Shown: piece after piece, positions 10,402-19,233 of the stretch
How positions within the stretch are numbered: position 1 is the first letter of the stretch
How the letters are laid out: every line of letters begins with the position of its first letter
NCBI GenBank assembly: GCA_964527555.1
Contig: CAZGOG010000002.1
Coordinates: forward strand, 41,698 to 105,697
Source of the DNA: an uncultured Planctomycetia bacterium
Lineage (GTDB): Bacteria > Omnitrophota > Gorgyraeia > Tantalellales > Tantalellaceae
Length of the DNA: 64,000 nt
Direction: 5' to 3'
Position numbers and translations under genes: made by a program
Notes under the pieces: model-generated
Database searches by the model: none
The model's input: only the letters and a program-made list of their open reading frames with translations
What the model was told of the DNA's origin: nothing

Positions 10402-10962
10402 TTACGCCTTTACTTTGCCGTCCGCCACCCACTGGTCCACCTTGGACCTTTCAAACATCCATTCGCCGCCGTTCCTGGTGCCCGGAAGCATGCCGTTATT
10501 GACCCACTCGTTTACCTTGTGTGATTCGACTTCCAGGTATTCAGCAAGCTGATTTGCCGTCATCCAGTCACCCCTGGATGCGGAACCCGCGGATGGGTTC
10601 ATACCCTTCATGCGCAGCTGCCCGTTTATAAAAGCACCTTCCGATATGGAAATCCTGGGCGTTTCGACATCACCGTTAAGTTTTGCGCTTGCATCCAGCT
10701 TCAAAGTTTTGGTGGCCTTTATGTTGCCGTTTACAACGCCTGCGATCGAGATGGTCTCGCCGGTTATATCCGCTTTTATGTCGGCTTTCTCCCCGATCAT
10801 GAGAACACCCTTGGCATCCAGCTTACCCTCGAATCTGCCGCTTATCCTCAAGTTTACAGGATCATCGAAACGCAAGGTACCCTGCATGGTGGCGTTTACG
10901 TCCAGCACCTTCTCTTCTGGCTTACTCTGTACTACTACTTCTTCAGGTTTCCGTTTTCTCAT
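10402..10962 (-). CDS. Bactofilin (DUF583 polymer-forming domain) fused to C-terminal excisionase-type HTH
   Basis: 186 aa. Residues ~25-125 (LRISGRFEGKLDAKGVLMIGEKADIKADITGETISIAGVVNGNIKA...ETPRISISEGAFINGQLRM) match the bactofilin beta-helical repeat pattern. C-terminal WMTANQLAEYLEVESHKVNEWVNNGMLPGTRNGGEWMFERSKVDQWV resembles the HTH of the downstream gene 10035..10400. Confidence 0.6.
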   Translation of the reverse strand: MRKRKPEEVVVQSKPEEKVLDVNATMQGTLRFDDPVNLRISGRFEGKLDAKGVLMIGEKADIKADITGETISIAGVVNGNIKATKTLKLDASAKLNGDVETPRISISEGAFINGQLRMKGMNPSAGSASRGDWMTANQLAEYLEVESHKVNEWVNNGMLPGTRNGGEWMFERSKVDQWVADGKVKA

Positions 10963-11005
10963 CGCGCCCTCCTTTTTCTCTTAAAAAGTTCATTTGTCTT
11001 TTCTA

Positions 11006-11665
11006 TCATCCCCATTTTACGCGTTCTACTCCCGCTAAAGACGAAATCTCAGAAACGATGTCTTTTTCATAAATACGCGGGACTAAAAGATCGAAAGCAA
11101 AATCTTCCTTAGTCCTGGTATCGTCCTTCTCGGACGAGACCCTTTTTATCCTGCCACCGCAAGACTCAATGGCATTCTTTATATCATCGGCGCTAGTACC
11201 CATATTGACGCTCATCCTGATGAGGAGTTTCTTGCCGCGCCGTTTGAGCGCCATCCGCTCTTCCAGCCGCGAAAGAATAAGGACTACAAGCACTACACCG
11301 GTGGCAATCCCGGCCGCTTCATACATACCGGCGCCCACAGCCAGCCCGATCGCGGAGACCGCCCATATACTCGCGGCGGTCGTCAGGCCCCTGACAGAGG
11401 CACCATACCTTATTATAGCACCTGCTCCCAAAAATCCAATACCTGTTACGACCCCGGCGGCTATCCTCGAAGGGTCGGCTTCACCTATATCCCCGTAACT
11501 GGCGGCGATCAGTATAGAAGTTATCATAAAAAGAGTCGACCCCACACAGACCAGTATATGAGTCCTGAGCCCCGCGGCGCAGCCGTGTATCTCGCGTTCC
11601 ATACCGATAATCGCGCTTAGAACCGCCGATATCACCAGTCTCAGAAAAATGATCGCACTTGGCAT
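11006..11665 (-). CDS. mgtC: MgtC/SapB-family membrane protein
   Basis: 219 aa. N-terminal multi-TM region with GMEREIHGCAAGLRTHILVCVGSTLFM (MgtC signature) plus a C-terminal ACT-like soluble domain. Confidence 0.8.
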   Translation of the reverse strand: MPSAIIFLRLVISAVLSAIIGMEREIHGCAAGLRTHILVCVGSTLFMITSILIAASYGDIGEADPSRIAAGVVTGIGFLGAGAIIRYGASVRGLTTAASIWAVSAIGLAVGAGMYEAAGIATGVVLVVLILSRLEERMALKRRGKKLLIRMSVNMGTSADDIKNAIESCGGRIKRVSSEKDDTRTKEDFAFDLLVPRIYEKDIVSEISSLAGVERVKWG

Positions 11666-11694
11666 ACCCTTCCTCCTTCTTTAACTTGCCCTTT

Positions 11695-12705
11695 CTAGAA
11701 CGAGCCTGCTTTAGCGTTTAAAAAAAGATCTGACTCCTCTCCGCCGGTGAAAAGTTTTTCGCCCAGTATCGCGATCATCGCCGCGTTATCAGTGCAGTAT
11801 TCTTTTTTGGGAAGATAAAGCTCTATACCTTCGCGTTTTTTAAGCGCCAGGAGTCTCGCTCTGAGAGCTCCGTTACTCGTGACTCCGCCTCCCACAGCAA
11901 GCCTTTTAACCTTCGCAAAACGCATGGCTCTTAAGATCTTCTCCTCGATCACGTCTATGACAGCCTGCTGGAAAGAAAAAGAGATCCTGTCCTTCTCTCT
12001 TTCGGTCTTTTCCGAATCCTTCCAGTAATACATGACAGCAGTCTTAAGCCCGCTGAAACTGAAATCAAGGTCCGTTTCATCCTTAAGAAGGGCCCTCGGG
12101 AAATCTATAACGCCTTCTCCGGTAAACCTGGAAGCCCTTTCCTCCACGATAGGCCCGCCCGGGTATCCCAGATCAAGCATCTTGGCTACTTTATCAAAAG
12201 CCTCGCCCACCGCGTCGTCTTTCGTCCTACCTATAATATCAAATTTTTTCAAAGAATGGCAGATATATATGCTGGTGTGCCCGCCGGAGACCACCACACC
12301 CACAAAAGGGAATTTCCCCTTCAACTCACCGAGAGCCTCTCCTCCAAGAAAACAGGATAGAATATGACCGTAGAGGTGGTTCACGCCGATTATGGGCACC
12401 CGCCTTGCAAAACTGATCGCCTTGGCAAAAGCTATGCCTACAAGGAGGGATCCAGGCAGGCCCGGACCCTCGGTAACCGCCACCAGGTTAATATCTTCCG
12501 TGCATACCTTCGCGTCCTTCAAAGCTTTTTCCATGACTGAAAAAATATATTCGGCATGGAACCGCGAGGCTATTTCGGGGACAACTCCGCCGTAGTCCGA
12601 ATGAAGATGAACGCTTGAAGATACTTCGCTGGAAAGCACCCTGCCGTCTTCCACCACGGCTACCGCTGTCTCGTCACAGGAAGTCTCAATACCAAGAGTT
12701 TTCAT
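11695..12705 (-). CDS. tsaD: tRNA N6-adenosine threonylcarbamoyltransferase
   Basis: 336 aa. MKTLGIETSCDETAVAVV and GVVPEIASRFH, metal-binding HxxH region. Kae1/YgjD family. Confidence 0.9.
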   Translation of the reverse strand: MKTLGIETSCDETAVAVVEDGRVLSSEVSSSVHLHSDYGGVVPEIASRFHAEYIFSVMEKALKDAKVCTEDINLVAVTEGPGLPGSLLVGIAFAKAISFARRVPIIGVNHLYGHILSCFLGGEALGELKGKFPFVGVVVSGGHTSIYICHSLKKFDIIGRTKDDAVGEAFDKVAKMLDLGYPGGPIVEERASRFTGEGVIDFPRALLKDETDLDFSFSGLKTAVMYYWKDSEKTEREKDRISFSFQQAVIDVIEEKILRAMRFAKVKRLAVGGGVTSNGALRARLLALKKREGIELYLPKKEYCTDNAAMIAILGEKLFTGGEESDLFLNAKAGSF

Positions 12706-12718
12706 CTTTTTTAATCTT

Positions 12719-13573
12719 CTACTCTCTGTAATTTATTATTTCAGATAAACTGGCAAAATATATACCGCGCTCCTTCATGCCGGGGACGACTTCTTTAAGG
12801 ATACTGATCGTCAAGCTGCGGTCATGACCGATCCCGAGGGCTTTGCCCTTGACTGAAGCAATTCTTTCCAGCTCCTTAAGCTGCCCTTTTATATATTCTC
12901 CGTCGCTTCTATTATCGATAAATATATCCCGTCTGACATAGGGCACCTCCAGCTCTCGGGCGATATCCTCGCACACCGACTCTTCCGTCGTAAAAGAATC
13001 CAGGAAAAACGCATCTCTTTCCTTAAGGTCCTCCAGGACAAGTTCCATGAGATGCGCATCTTTAGTCGCTTTTGAACCCATATGGTTAGACACCCCTATA
13101 GCCGCCGGCACTGAGCGAAAATCATTGGCGATGATGTCCTTAACAAGCCCCTCATCCATTGCACAGCTGATAGTATCCTCTTCCAGGTACGGGGTCTCCC
13201 CTTCCGGCTCCATGGGTAGATGCAAAATGACTTCTGTACCGTTTTCTCTAGCGAAAGAGCATACCGCCCCGGCATAAGGCGTGTTCGGAAGCACCGCGAC
13301 CGTTATGCTTGCGTCTACCTCTTTGAGCGCATCCAGGTTTTTCTTGGAATATCCGAAATCATCCAGCACGATGACAACCGTGGACCTCGCACGAGACTCT
13401 TCAGGCAAGCTTTCCTCGGGCACTTCGGGATGCGAAAGAGGCGCACTCAGCGGAACTTCCTTTTCTGTGACAATCTTTCCCGCTTCTCTGGAGCGGAAGT
13501 TAATCAGCAAGACAACGCCCGCCGCCAGGACAAGCGCTATTACTAGTGCAAATCGGCGACTCACTATTCCCAC
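12719..13573 (-). CDS. Divergent polysaccharide deacetylase (YibQ family)
   Basis: 284 aa. Signal/TM N-terminus followed by VVIVLDDFGYS...HLPMEPEG...SNHMGSKAT, characteristic of the YibQ/DUF610 family. Confidence 0.75.
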   Translation of the reverse strand: MGIVSRRFALVIALVLAAGVVLLINFRSREAGKIVTEKEVPLSAPLSHPEVPEESLPEESRARSTVVIVLDDFGYSKKNLDALKEVDASITVAVLPNTPYAGAVCSFARENGTEVILHLPMEPEGETPYLEEDTISCAMDEGLVKDIIANDFRSVPAAIGVSNHMGSKATKDAHLMELVLEDLKERDAFFLDSFTTEESVCEDIARELEVPYVRRDIFIDNRSDGEYIKGQLKELERIASVKGKALGIGHDRSLTISILKEVVPGMKERGIYFASLSEIINYRE

Positions 13574-13594
13574 TTTCTAAAGCCAGACAACATC

Positions 13595-14923
13595 TTAGTC
13601 CGATTTTTTCTGCTGGACGGTCGCCCCTTCGGCCGAATCAGAGGCTCTATATTCCTCAAAAACCCTTATCCCCTTAAGGATACTTACTGCCGCCTGTATC
13701 TGGTTGTCGTACTCTTTGGCTTTCTCTTCGCTCTTCTCTTTTTTGGGCTTTTCGACCTTCGCGAAAATGCCGGTTTTCTTTTCTTCCTTCTCTTCCTTCT
13801 CTTCTTTCACTTCGGGCTCGTTTGCTTTGACCCTTTTCACGCATACGTCCGGATCGACACCTTTATCCATTATATTCTTACCCGAAGGAGTAAAATAAGC
13901 CGCGGTCGTAAGACGTAAGGCTGATTTGTCTTCAAGCGGGATCACTGTCTGTACGGAAGCTTTGCCGAACGTGGTCACCCCCAGCATTAAAGCGCGCCTG
14001 TTGTCTTTCAGCGCACCCGCCAGAATCTCCGCGGCACTGGCGGAACCCTTGTTGACTAAGACGACAATATCCATATCGTCGAAATCGGGTTCCTTCTTTG
14101 ATTTAAAATCTATCCTCTTCTTGGGGTCGCGCCCTTCCGTATAGACTATCATGTCGCCCTGCTTGAGGAAAAGATCCGCCACTTCCACGCCGGCGTCAAG
14201 AAGCCCCCCGGGATTGTTGCGGATATCTATAATAAGACTTTTTGCCCCTTCCTTGCGGAGTTTCTTTATGGTTTCTCTTAAGTCTTTCGCGGTTCTTTCC
14301 TGGAACTCGATAAGTCTGACGTAACCTATATCCTCTTCGATGACTTCCGCGTCCTTAATGCTTTTAACCTTGATAATGGCGCGCGTTATCTTAAAATCCA
14401 GCATCTCTTCGGTCTCTTCGCGGACAACGGTTATAGTAACAGCCGTACCCGCCTCGCCTCGGAGTTTCCCGACTGCCTCGTCCAGCGTCATATCCCGTGT
14501 GACTTCATCGTCTATTTTTACGATCCTGTCGCCCGCTTCCACCCCCGCCTCATATGCGGGCGTGTCTTCCATCGGCGCAATAACGGTAAGCACTCCGTCG
14601 CGCATGCCTACCTCTATACCGAGTCCGCCAAACTCGCCTTTCGTCTCTTCCGTGATCTCCTTGAAGCTTTCAGGATCCAGAAACTGGCTATAACCGTCGA
14701 GTGTCTTCATCATCCCTTTTATAGCGCCGTACACCAGGTCCTTGACCTTTACCGGTTTCACGTAATCGGTGCTTATAAGGGTTATGGAATCGGCGAGAAG
14801 CTGCACCTGTCTGAAGAGTTCCTTGCCATTGTCGATGATGTCGCCTTCCTCCGCGCGGCTTATAAAGACAGAGAAAACCATAACTGACGCCAGTATCACT
14901 CCAACAAAAAATTTAACTTTCAT
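13595..14923 (-). CDS. ctpA: Carboxyl-terminal processing protease (S41 family, PDZ domain)
   Basis: 442 aa. Signal peptide, PDZ (GGLGIEVGMRDGVLTVIAPMEDTPAYEAGVEAGDRIVKIDD), S41 catalytic region (LIIDIRNNPGGLL ... GSASAAEILAGAL), and a K/E-rich C-terminal tail. Confidence 0.85.
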   Translation of the reverse strand: MKVKFFVGVILASVMVFSVFISRAEEGDIIDNGKELFRQVQLLADSITLISTDYVKPVKVKDLVYGAIKGMMKTLDGYSQFLDPESFKEITEETKGEFGGLGIEVGMRDGVLTVIAPMEDTPAYEAGVEAGDRIVKIDDEVTRDMTLDEAVGKLRGEAGTAVTITVVREETEEMLDFKITRAIIKVKSIKDAEVIEEDIGYVRLIEFQERTAKDLRETIKKLRKEGAKSLIIDIRNNPGGLLDAGVEVADLFLKQGDMIVYTEGRDPKKRIDFKSKKEPDFDDMDIVVLVNKGSASAAEILAGALKDNRRALMLGVTTFGKASVQTVIPLEDKSALRLTTAAYFTPSGKNIMDKGVDPDVCVKRVKANEPEVKEEKEEKEEKKTGIFAKVEKPKKEKSEEKAKEYDNQIQAAVSILKGIRVFEEYRASDSAEGATVQQKKSD

Positions 14924-14953
14924 AAAATTATCTCCCCCTGTATTTTTATCCTC

Positions 14954-16393
14954 TTATGCTTCAAGTCTTTTTCTGAGCATCTCTCCGGCAAGTTTCGGGT
15001 TTGCTTTGCCTTTGGTCTTCTTCATCACCTGCCCCACAAGAAAAGCCAGAGCGTTAGCCTTACCGCCTCTAAAATCATTCGCACCCTTTTCGTTCTCTTT
15101 GATCACTTCATCGACTGCGCTATTAAGCGCTCCTTCGTCGGAGACCTGCTCAAGAGCCTTTTCCCTGACGATCACACCGGGAGCCTTGCCGGTCTCGATG
15201 GAGGCGGTCAGCACCTCTTTGCCCGAAAGCCCGCTTATAACACCGCTATCGACCATCTTTATCAGCTCCGCCAGGTCATGCGCGCTGATGCCGAGCGCCT
15301 TTACGCCGGCACTGCGTTCCTTGATATGCCGCATTATCTCGCCCTTTATCCAGTTGCATACGACCTGGGGTTTATTAAAATGCCCTAAGGTCTCCTCGTA
15401 AAAATCCGCTATATCCCTCTCGGAAACAAGCGCCTCTACGTCTTTCGCGGATAACTTGTACGTTTCACTGAAGCGCTTCTGCTTCTTTTGCGGGCCTTCC
15501 GGCATGCTTGCGCGCACTTCTTCCACTAAAGAGGCGCTTACCTCGAAAGGGACGAGATCCGGCTCCGGAAAATACCGGTAATCCTGGGCTTCTTCTTTCC
15601 TCCTCATCGAAAGCGTAACCATCTTCTTTTCGTCCCAGAGACGCGTCTCCTGGATTATTTCTTCGCCGCTATCAAGCGCCTCCCGCTGGCGCTCCTGTTC
15701 AAAGCCAAGAGCGTCCCTCACAGCTTTAAAGGAGTTCAGGTTCTTTATCTCCACTTTGCTGCCGAACTTTTTCTCGCCCTTTTTCCTGAGCGAGATATTG
15801 GCATCGCATCTTAAACTGCCTTCCTCCATATTGCAATCCGATACGTCCAGGTACTTTATTATCTGCTTTATCGTGGTTAGATATGTATACGCCTCTTCCG
15901 GAGTGCGTAAGTCCGGTTCCGAGACGATCTCAAGCAGCGGCGTGCCCGTACGGTTCAGGTCCACATAACTAAACGGCGCTCTCTCGTCATGAATAAGCTT
16001 GCCCGCATCCTCCTCCATATGCGCGCGCGTAATCCCTATGTCTTTCAACCCGCCATCTTCAGCGGTTATCGTAACTTTGCCGTTATACGCGAGCGGCATG
16101 TCGTACTGGCTTATCTGATAGTTCTTGGGCAGGTCCGGATAATAATAGTTTTTCCGGTCGAATTTGACCGTTTTCTGGATGTCACAATCGAGCGCGATCG
16201 CGACTTTTATCGCGTACTCGAAAGCTTTCCTGTTAAGAACGGGAAGCACCCCCGGCAGGCCCAGGCACACGGGGCAAACCTCTGTATTAGGCTCCGCGCC
16301 GAAGATGAGGCTGCATCCGCAAAAAGCCTTAGTCTTTGTCGAAAGCTGCAGGTGCACTTCAAGTCCTATTACTGTCTCGTATTTTCCGTTCAT
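14954..16393 (-). CDS. gatB: Asp-tRNA(Asn)/Glu-tRNA(Gln) amidotransferase subunit B
   Basis: 479 aa. YETVIGLEVHLQLSTKTKAFCGC N-terminus plus C-terminal GatB/YqeY domain. Sits in a gatC-gatA-gatB operon. Confidence 0.95.
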   Translation of the reverse strand: MNGKYETVIGLEVHLQLSTKTKAFCGCSLIFGAEPNTEVCPVCLGLPGVLPVLNRKAFEYAIKVAIALDCDIQKTVKFDRKNYYYPDLPKNYQISQYDMPLAYNGKVTITAEDGGLKDIGITRAHMEEDAGKLIHDERAPFSYVDLNRTGTPLLEIVSEPDLRTPEEAYTYLTTIKQIIKYLDVSDCNMEEGSLRCDANISLRKKGEKKFGSKVEIKNLNSFKAVRDALGFEQERQREALDSGEEIIQETRLWDEKKMVTLSMRRKEEAQDYRYFPEPDLVPFEVSASLVEEVRASMPEGPQKKQKRFSETYKLSAKDVEALVSERDIADFYEETLGHFNKPQVVCNWIKGEIMRHIKERSAGVKALGISAHDLAELIKMVDSGVISGLSGKEVLTASIETGKAPGVIVREKALEQVSDEGALNSAVDEVIKENEKGANDFRGGKANALAFLVGQVMKKTKGKANPKLAGEMLRKRLEA

Positions 16394-16398
16394 CTCAT

Positions 16399-17859
16399 CT
16401 AACCGCTTTTCTTCTGGCCCGAAAACATCTTATGATGGTCGGTTGCCCTTTCAAAGGCATGTGCCGCTTTTATAAGTGTCTCTTCATTAAAGGGTGAAGC
16501 CATAAGCTGCAGGCCCACCGGAAGATCGTTCTCGCCCATACCGCAGGGTATGGAGACAGCGGGAAGCCCCGCAAGGTTTGCCGGTATGGTAAAAATGTCT
16601 GAAAGGTACATCTTAAGCGGATCGTCCGTCCTCTCTCCGATCTTAAAAGCAGTCGTCGGCGAGGTAGGCGTCAGTATACAGTCGCAGGATTTAAACGCTT
16701 CACGGAAATCATCCGAGATCTTGGTGCGGACTTTCTGCGCCTTGAGGTAATACTCTTCATAATAGCCGCTGCTTAAAGAATACGTCCCCAGAAGTATCCT
16801 TCTTTTAGCCTCCTCTCCGAAACCCTCGTTCCTCGTGGCGATATACATCTCTATGAGACTGACGGCTTTACCGGACCTGTAGCCGTAATGCACGCCGTCA
16901 TACCGTGCGAGATTGGAACTGGCTTCGGCTGGAGCTATGATGTAATAACAGCTTACCGCGTATTTTGTATGCGGAAGGGATATACGGGTCGTCCTGGCGC
17001 CGAGCTTTTTAAAAACGTCAATAGCCCCGTCAATGCGGCTTTTCACGCCCGCATCTATACCCGGAGGAAAATACTCGCTTGGTATACCGATCGTAAGACC
17101 CTTTATATCCTTGTTGAGGCTCTCCGTATAGCGTGGAACGCTTCTGTTAACGGAGGTTGAATCTTTTTCGTCATAGCCGGATATGACTTCAAGGATAGAC
17201 GCGCAGTCAGAGACGTTGCGTGTTATCGGCCCTATCTGGTCGAGACTGGAAGCAAACGCGATCAAACCATAACGTGAGACGCGGCCGTAAGTGGGCTTAA
17301 GCCCTACAACGCCGCACATGGAAGCGGGCTGCCTGATCGAGCCTCCCGTGTCAGATCCCAGTGCCGCCACCACCTCACCCGCCGCAACAGCCGCCGCCGA
17401 ACCGCCGCTGGAGCCGCCCGGGATGCGCCCGGTATCCCACGGGTTGTGTGTAGGCCCGTAATAAGAAGTCTCACAGGAAGAGCCGAAAGCAAACTCGTCC
17501 ATATTGGCCCCGCCGATTATAAGCGCCTTTTCCTTTTCCAGTTTTTCGATAACTGTCGCGTTGTACGGCGGACGAAAGCCCTCAAGCACATGCGAAGCGC
17601 ACGTGGTAAGCTCCCCTTTTATGCAGATATTGTTCTTGATAGCTATGGGGACGCCCCGGAGTAAACCCCGGCGGCCGGCTTTATCGAGATTTTGCGCCCG
17701 CTTTATAACGTTTTTGGAGTCAAGACAGGCAAAAGCCTTGATTTTCTTGTCGATAACGGCGATCCTGTCCGTTAAAGCGCGCGCAGTATCAGCCAGCGGC
17801 TCTTTGCGTTCTTCCAGCCATCTTTTAAAATCGCTTATGCTTGAAGATATATCTTCCAT
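16399..17859 (-). CDS. gatA: Glutamyl-tRNA(Gln) amidotransferase subunit A
   Basis: 486 aa. Amidase signature [15 protein letters not shown]. Adjacent to gatC and gatB. Confidence 0.95.
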   Translation of the reverse strand: MEDISSSISDFKRWLEERKEPLADTARALTDRIAVIDKKIKAFACLDSKNVIKRAQNLDKAGRRGLLRGVPIAIKNNICIKGELTTCASHVLEGFRPPYNATVIEKLEKEKALIIGGANMDEFAFGSSCETSYYGPTHNPWDTGRIPGGSSGGSAAAVAAGEVVAALGSDTGGSIRQPASMCGVVGLKPTYGRVSRYGLIAFASSLDQIGPITRNVSDCASILEVISGYDEKDSTSVNRSVPRYTESLNKDIKGLTIGIPSEYFPPGIDAGVKSRIDGAIDVFKKLGARTTRISLPHTKYAVSCYYIIAPAEASSNLARYDGVHYGYRSGKAVSLIEMYIATRNEGFGEEAKRRILLGTYSLSSGYYEEYYLKAQKVRTKISDDFREAFKSCDCILTPTSPTTAFKIGERTDDPLKMYLSDIFTIPANLAGLPAVSIPCGMGENDLPVGLQLMASPFNEETLIKAAHAFERATDHHKMFSGQKKSG

Positions 17860-17860
17860 A

Positions 17861-18178
17861 TCAGGCGTCTTCTATTATCTTGGGGACTTTAAAGAAACCG
17901 TCTTTCCTTGCAGGCGCATTGCTCAGGGCTTCTTCCGTCGGAAGAGGCTCTGCCGGTTCGTCTTCACGGAATACGTTTTTCATGGACGTAAGAACATGTG
18001 TAGTCGGAAGGGTGCCTTCGGTGTCGACTTCGCCCAGCTGCGCTATATACTCCAGGATCTGCGAAAGCTGCCCCCTGAACTTCACAAGGTCTTCTTCCTT
18101 GAGGCTCAGGCGCGCAAGTCTTGCAACGTACCTGACGAGATCCTCTGTGATCGCTGTTTTTTTGTCGGCGTGCTCCAT
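17861..18178 (-). CDS. gatC: Glutamyl-tRNA(Gln) amidotransferase subunit C
   Basis: 105 aa. LARLSLKEEDL ... typical GatC, immediately upstream of gatA. Confidence 0.85.
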   Translation of the reverse strand: MEHADKKTAITEDLVRYVARLARLSLKEEDLVKFRGQLSQILEYIAQLGEVDTEGTLPTTHVLTSMKNVFREDEPAEPLPTEEALSNAPARKDGFFKVPKIIEDA

Positions 18179-18234
18179 ATTGCCATTACCCTAACATAAT
18201 AATAAATGAAAGTCAATATTACATATATGCTAAA

Positions 18235-19092
18235 TCATGCTTTTCGCCCCGCGAAACGCTCACCTGCCGCATCAGAAACCCTGGCGTAATCCTCCAGAGA
18301 AAGTGATTCCGCGCGGCTTGCCGGATCGATACCGCAGCTCTCGAACAATCTTATCCAGTCGTCTCTTGTCATCGAGGCGAAATCTCCCTGCGAAAGGGGG
18401 TTGACGGCTTTTTTCCTTCTTTGGGAAAAAGCCTTGCGCACGATCCTGAACATGAGAGCCTCATCCGTGACTTTTACGCTTGGCTCACTCAGCACCTTAA
18501 GCTCAACTAGATGCGAGTCTACCCGGGGTCTGGGATAAAAGGAGTTCTTCTTGATCCTAAAGAGTTTTTTCACCTCCATATAAAACTGGACAAAGCAGCT
18601 TATGGACCCGTAAACGCGGCTGCCGCTGGAAGAAGCTATCCGTTCGGCAAGTTCCTCCTGTATCACCAGATAAACCGCATCGATACATTTCCTCTGGCGG
18701 ATCATCTTCTCGATCACGGGAGTTGATATGTAGTACGGGATGTTCCCGAAAACCGTCAAAGCCCCGCTATCTTTCGCCAGAGCGCATATATCGACATCCA
18801 GGATGCTCGCTTCGATAAGCGTTATATCCTTCTCTCTAAAGCGTTCAGCCATTATCCCGCATATTCGCCTGTCCTTCTCAACCGCAAAGAGCTTCCCGCA
18901 CATGGCGGCAAGCTCGAACGACATGACGCCGAAACCCGCTCCTATCTCGAGGACTCTCTTTGAAGAGTCGACGCAAAGCGCCTTTAAGATATTGTCTCTT
19001 ACGTTTTTATCGATCAGAAAGTTCTGGCCCAGTTTCTTGTTGGGACGGAAATCTTCCTCTCGCCATAACGCTTTAAGTTCTTTTAAGTCCAT
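18235..19092 (-). CDS. rsmA: 16S rRNA (adenine1518/1519-N6)-dimethyltransferase
   Basis: ORF 18235..19122 trimmed to the internal Met (MDLKELKALW...). The first 10 codons of the long ORF lie inside repeat copy A. KKLGQNFLID and EIGAGFGVMS motifs (KsgA/RsmA). Confidence 0.85.
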   Translation of the reverse strand: MDLKELKALWREEDFRPNKKLGQNFLIDKNVRDNILKALCVDSSKRVLEIGAGFGVMSFELAAMCGKLFAVEKDRRICGIMAERFREKDITLIEASILDVDICALAKDSGALTVFGNIPYYISTPVIEKMIRQRKCIDAVYLVIQEELAERIASSSGSRVYGSISCFVQFYMEVKKLFRIKKNSFYPRPRVDSHLVELKVLSEPSVKVTDEALMFRIVRKAFSQRRKKAVNPLSQGDFASMTRDDWIRLFESCGIDPASRAESLSLEDYARVSDAAGERFAGRKA

Positions 19093-19110
19093 GTTTAGAT
19101 TGTCTTTAAC

Positions 19111-19233
19111 GTGAAGCTCCATGGGCTAACGCCCATGGCATCCACAGTTTCAGTCTTTCCGTCAAGCGGAATCCTGCACCGAAGGCCATTCATCCACGCC
19201 CTTACGGGCGTGGCCTTCCGGTGCATGGGCAAA
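19111..19233 (+). repeat. 123-bp structured interspersed repeat, copy A (orientation gtgaagctcc...catgggcaaa)
   Basis: Read directly. Near-identical to 43978..44100 and to the reverse complement of 39128..39250 and 53179..53301. Contains hairpin ccatgggc-taac-gcccatgg and a nested hairpin tgcaccgaaggcc[attcatcc acgccc-ttac-gggcgtgg]ggccttccggtgca. Confidence 0.9.
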
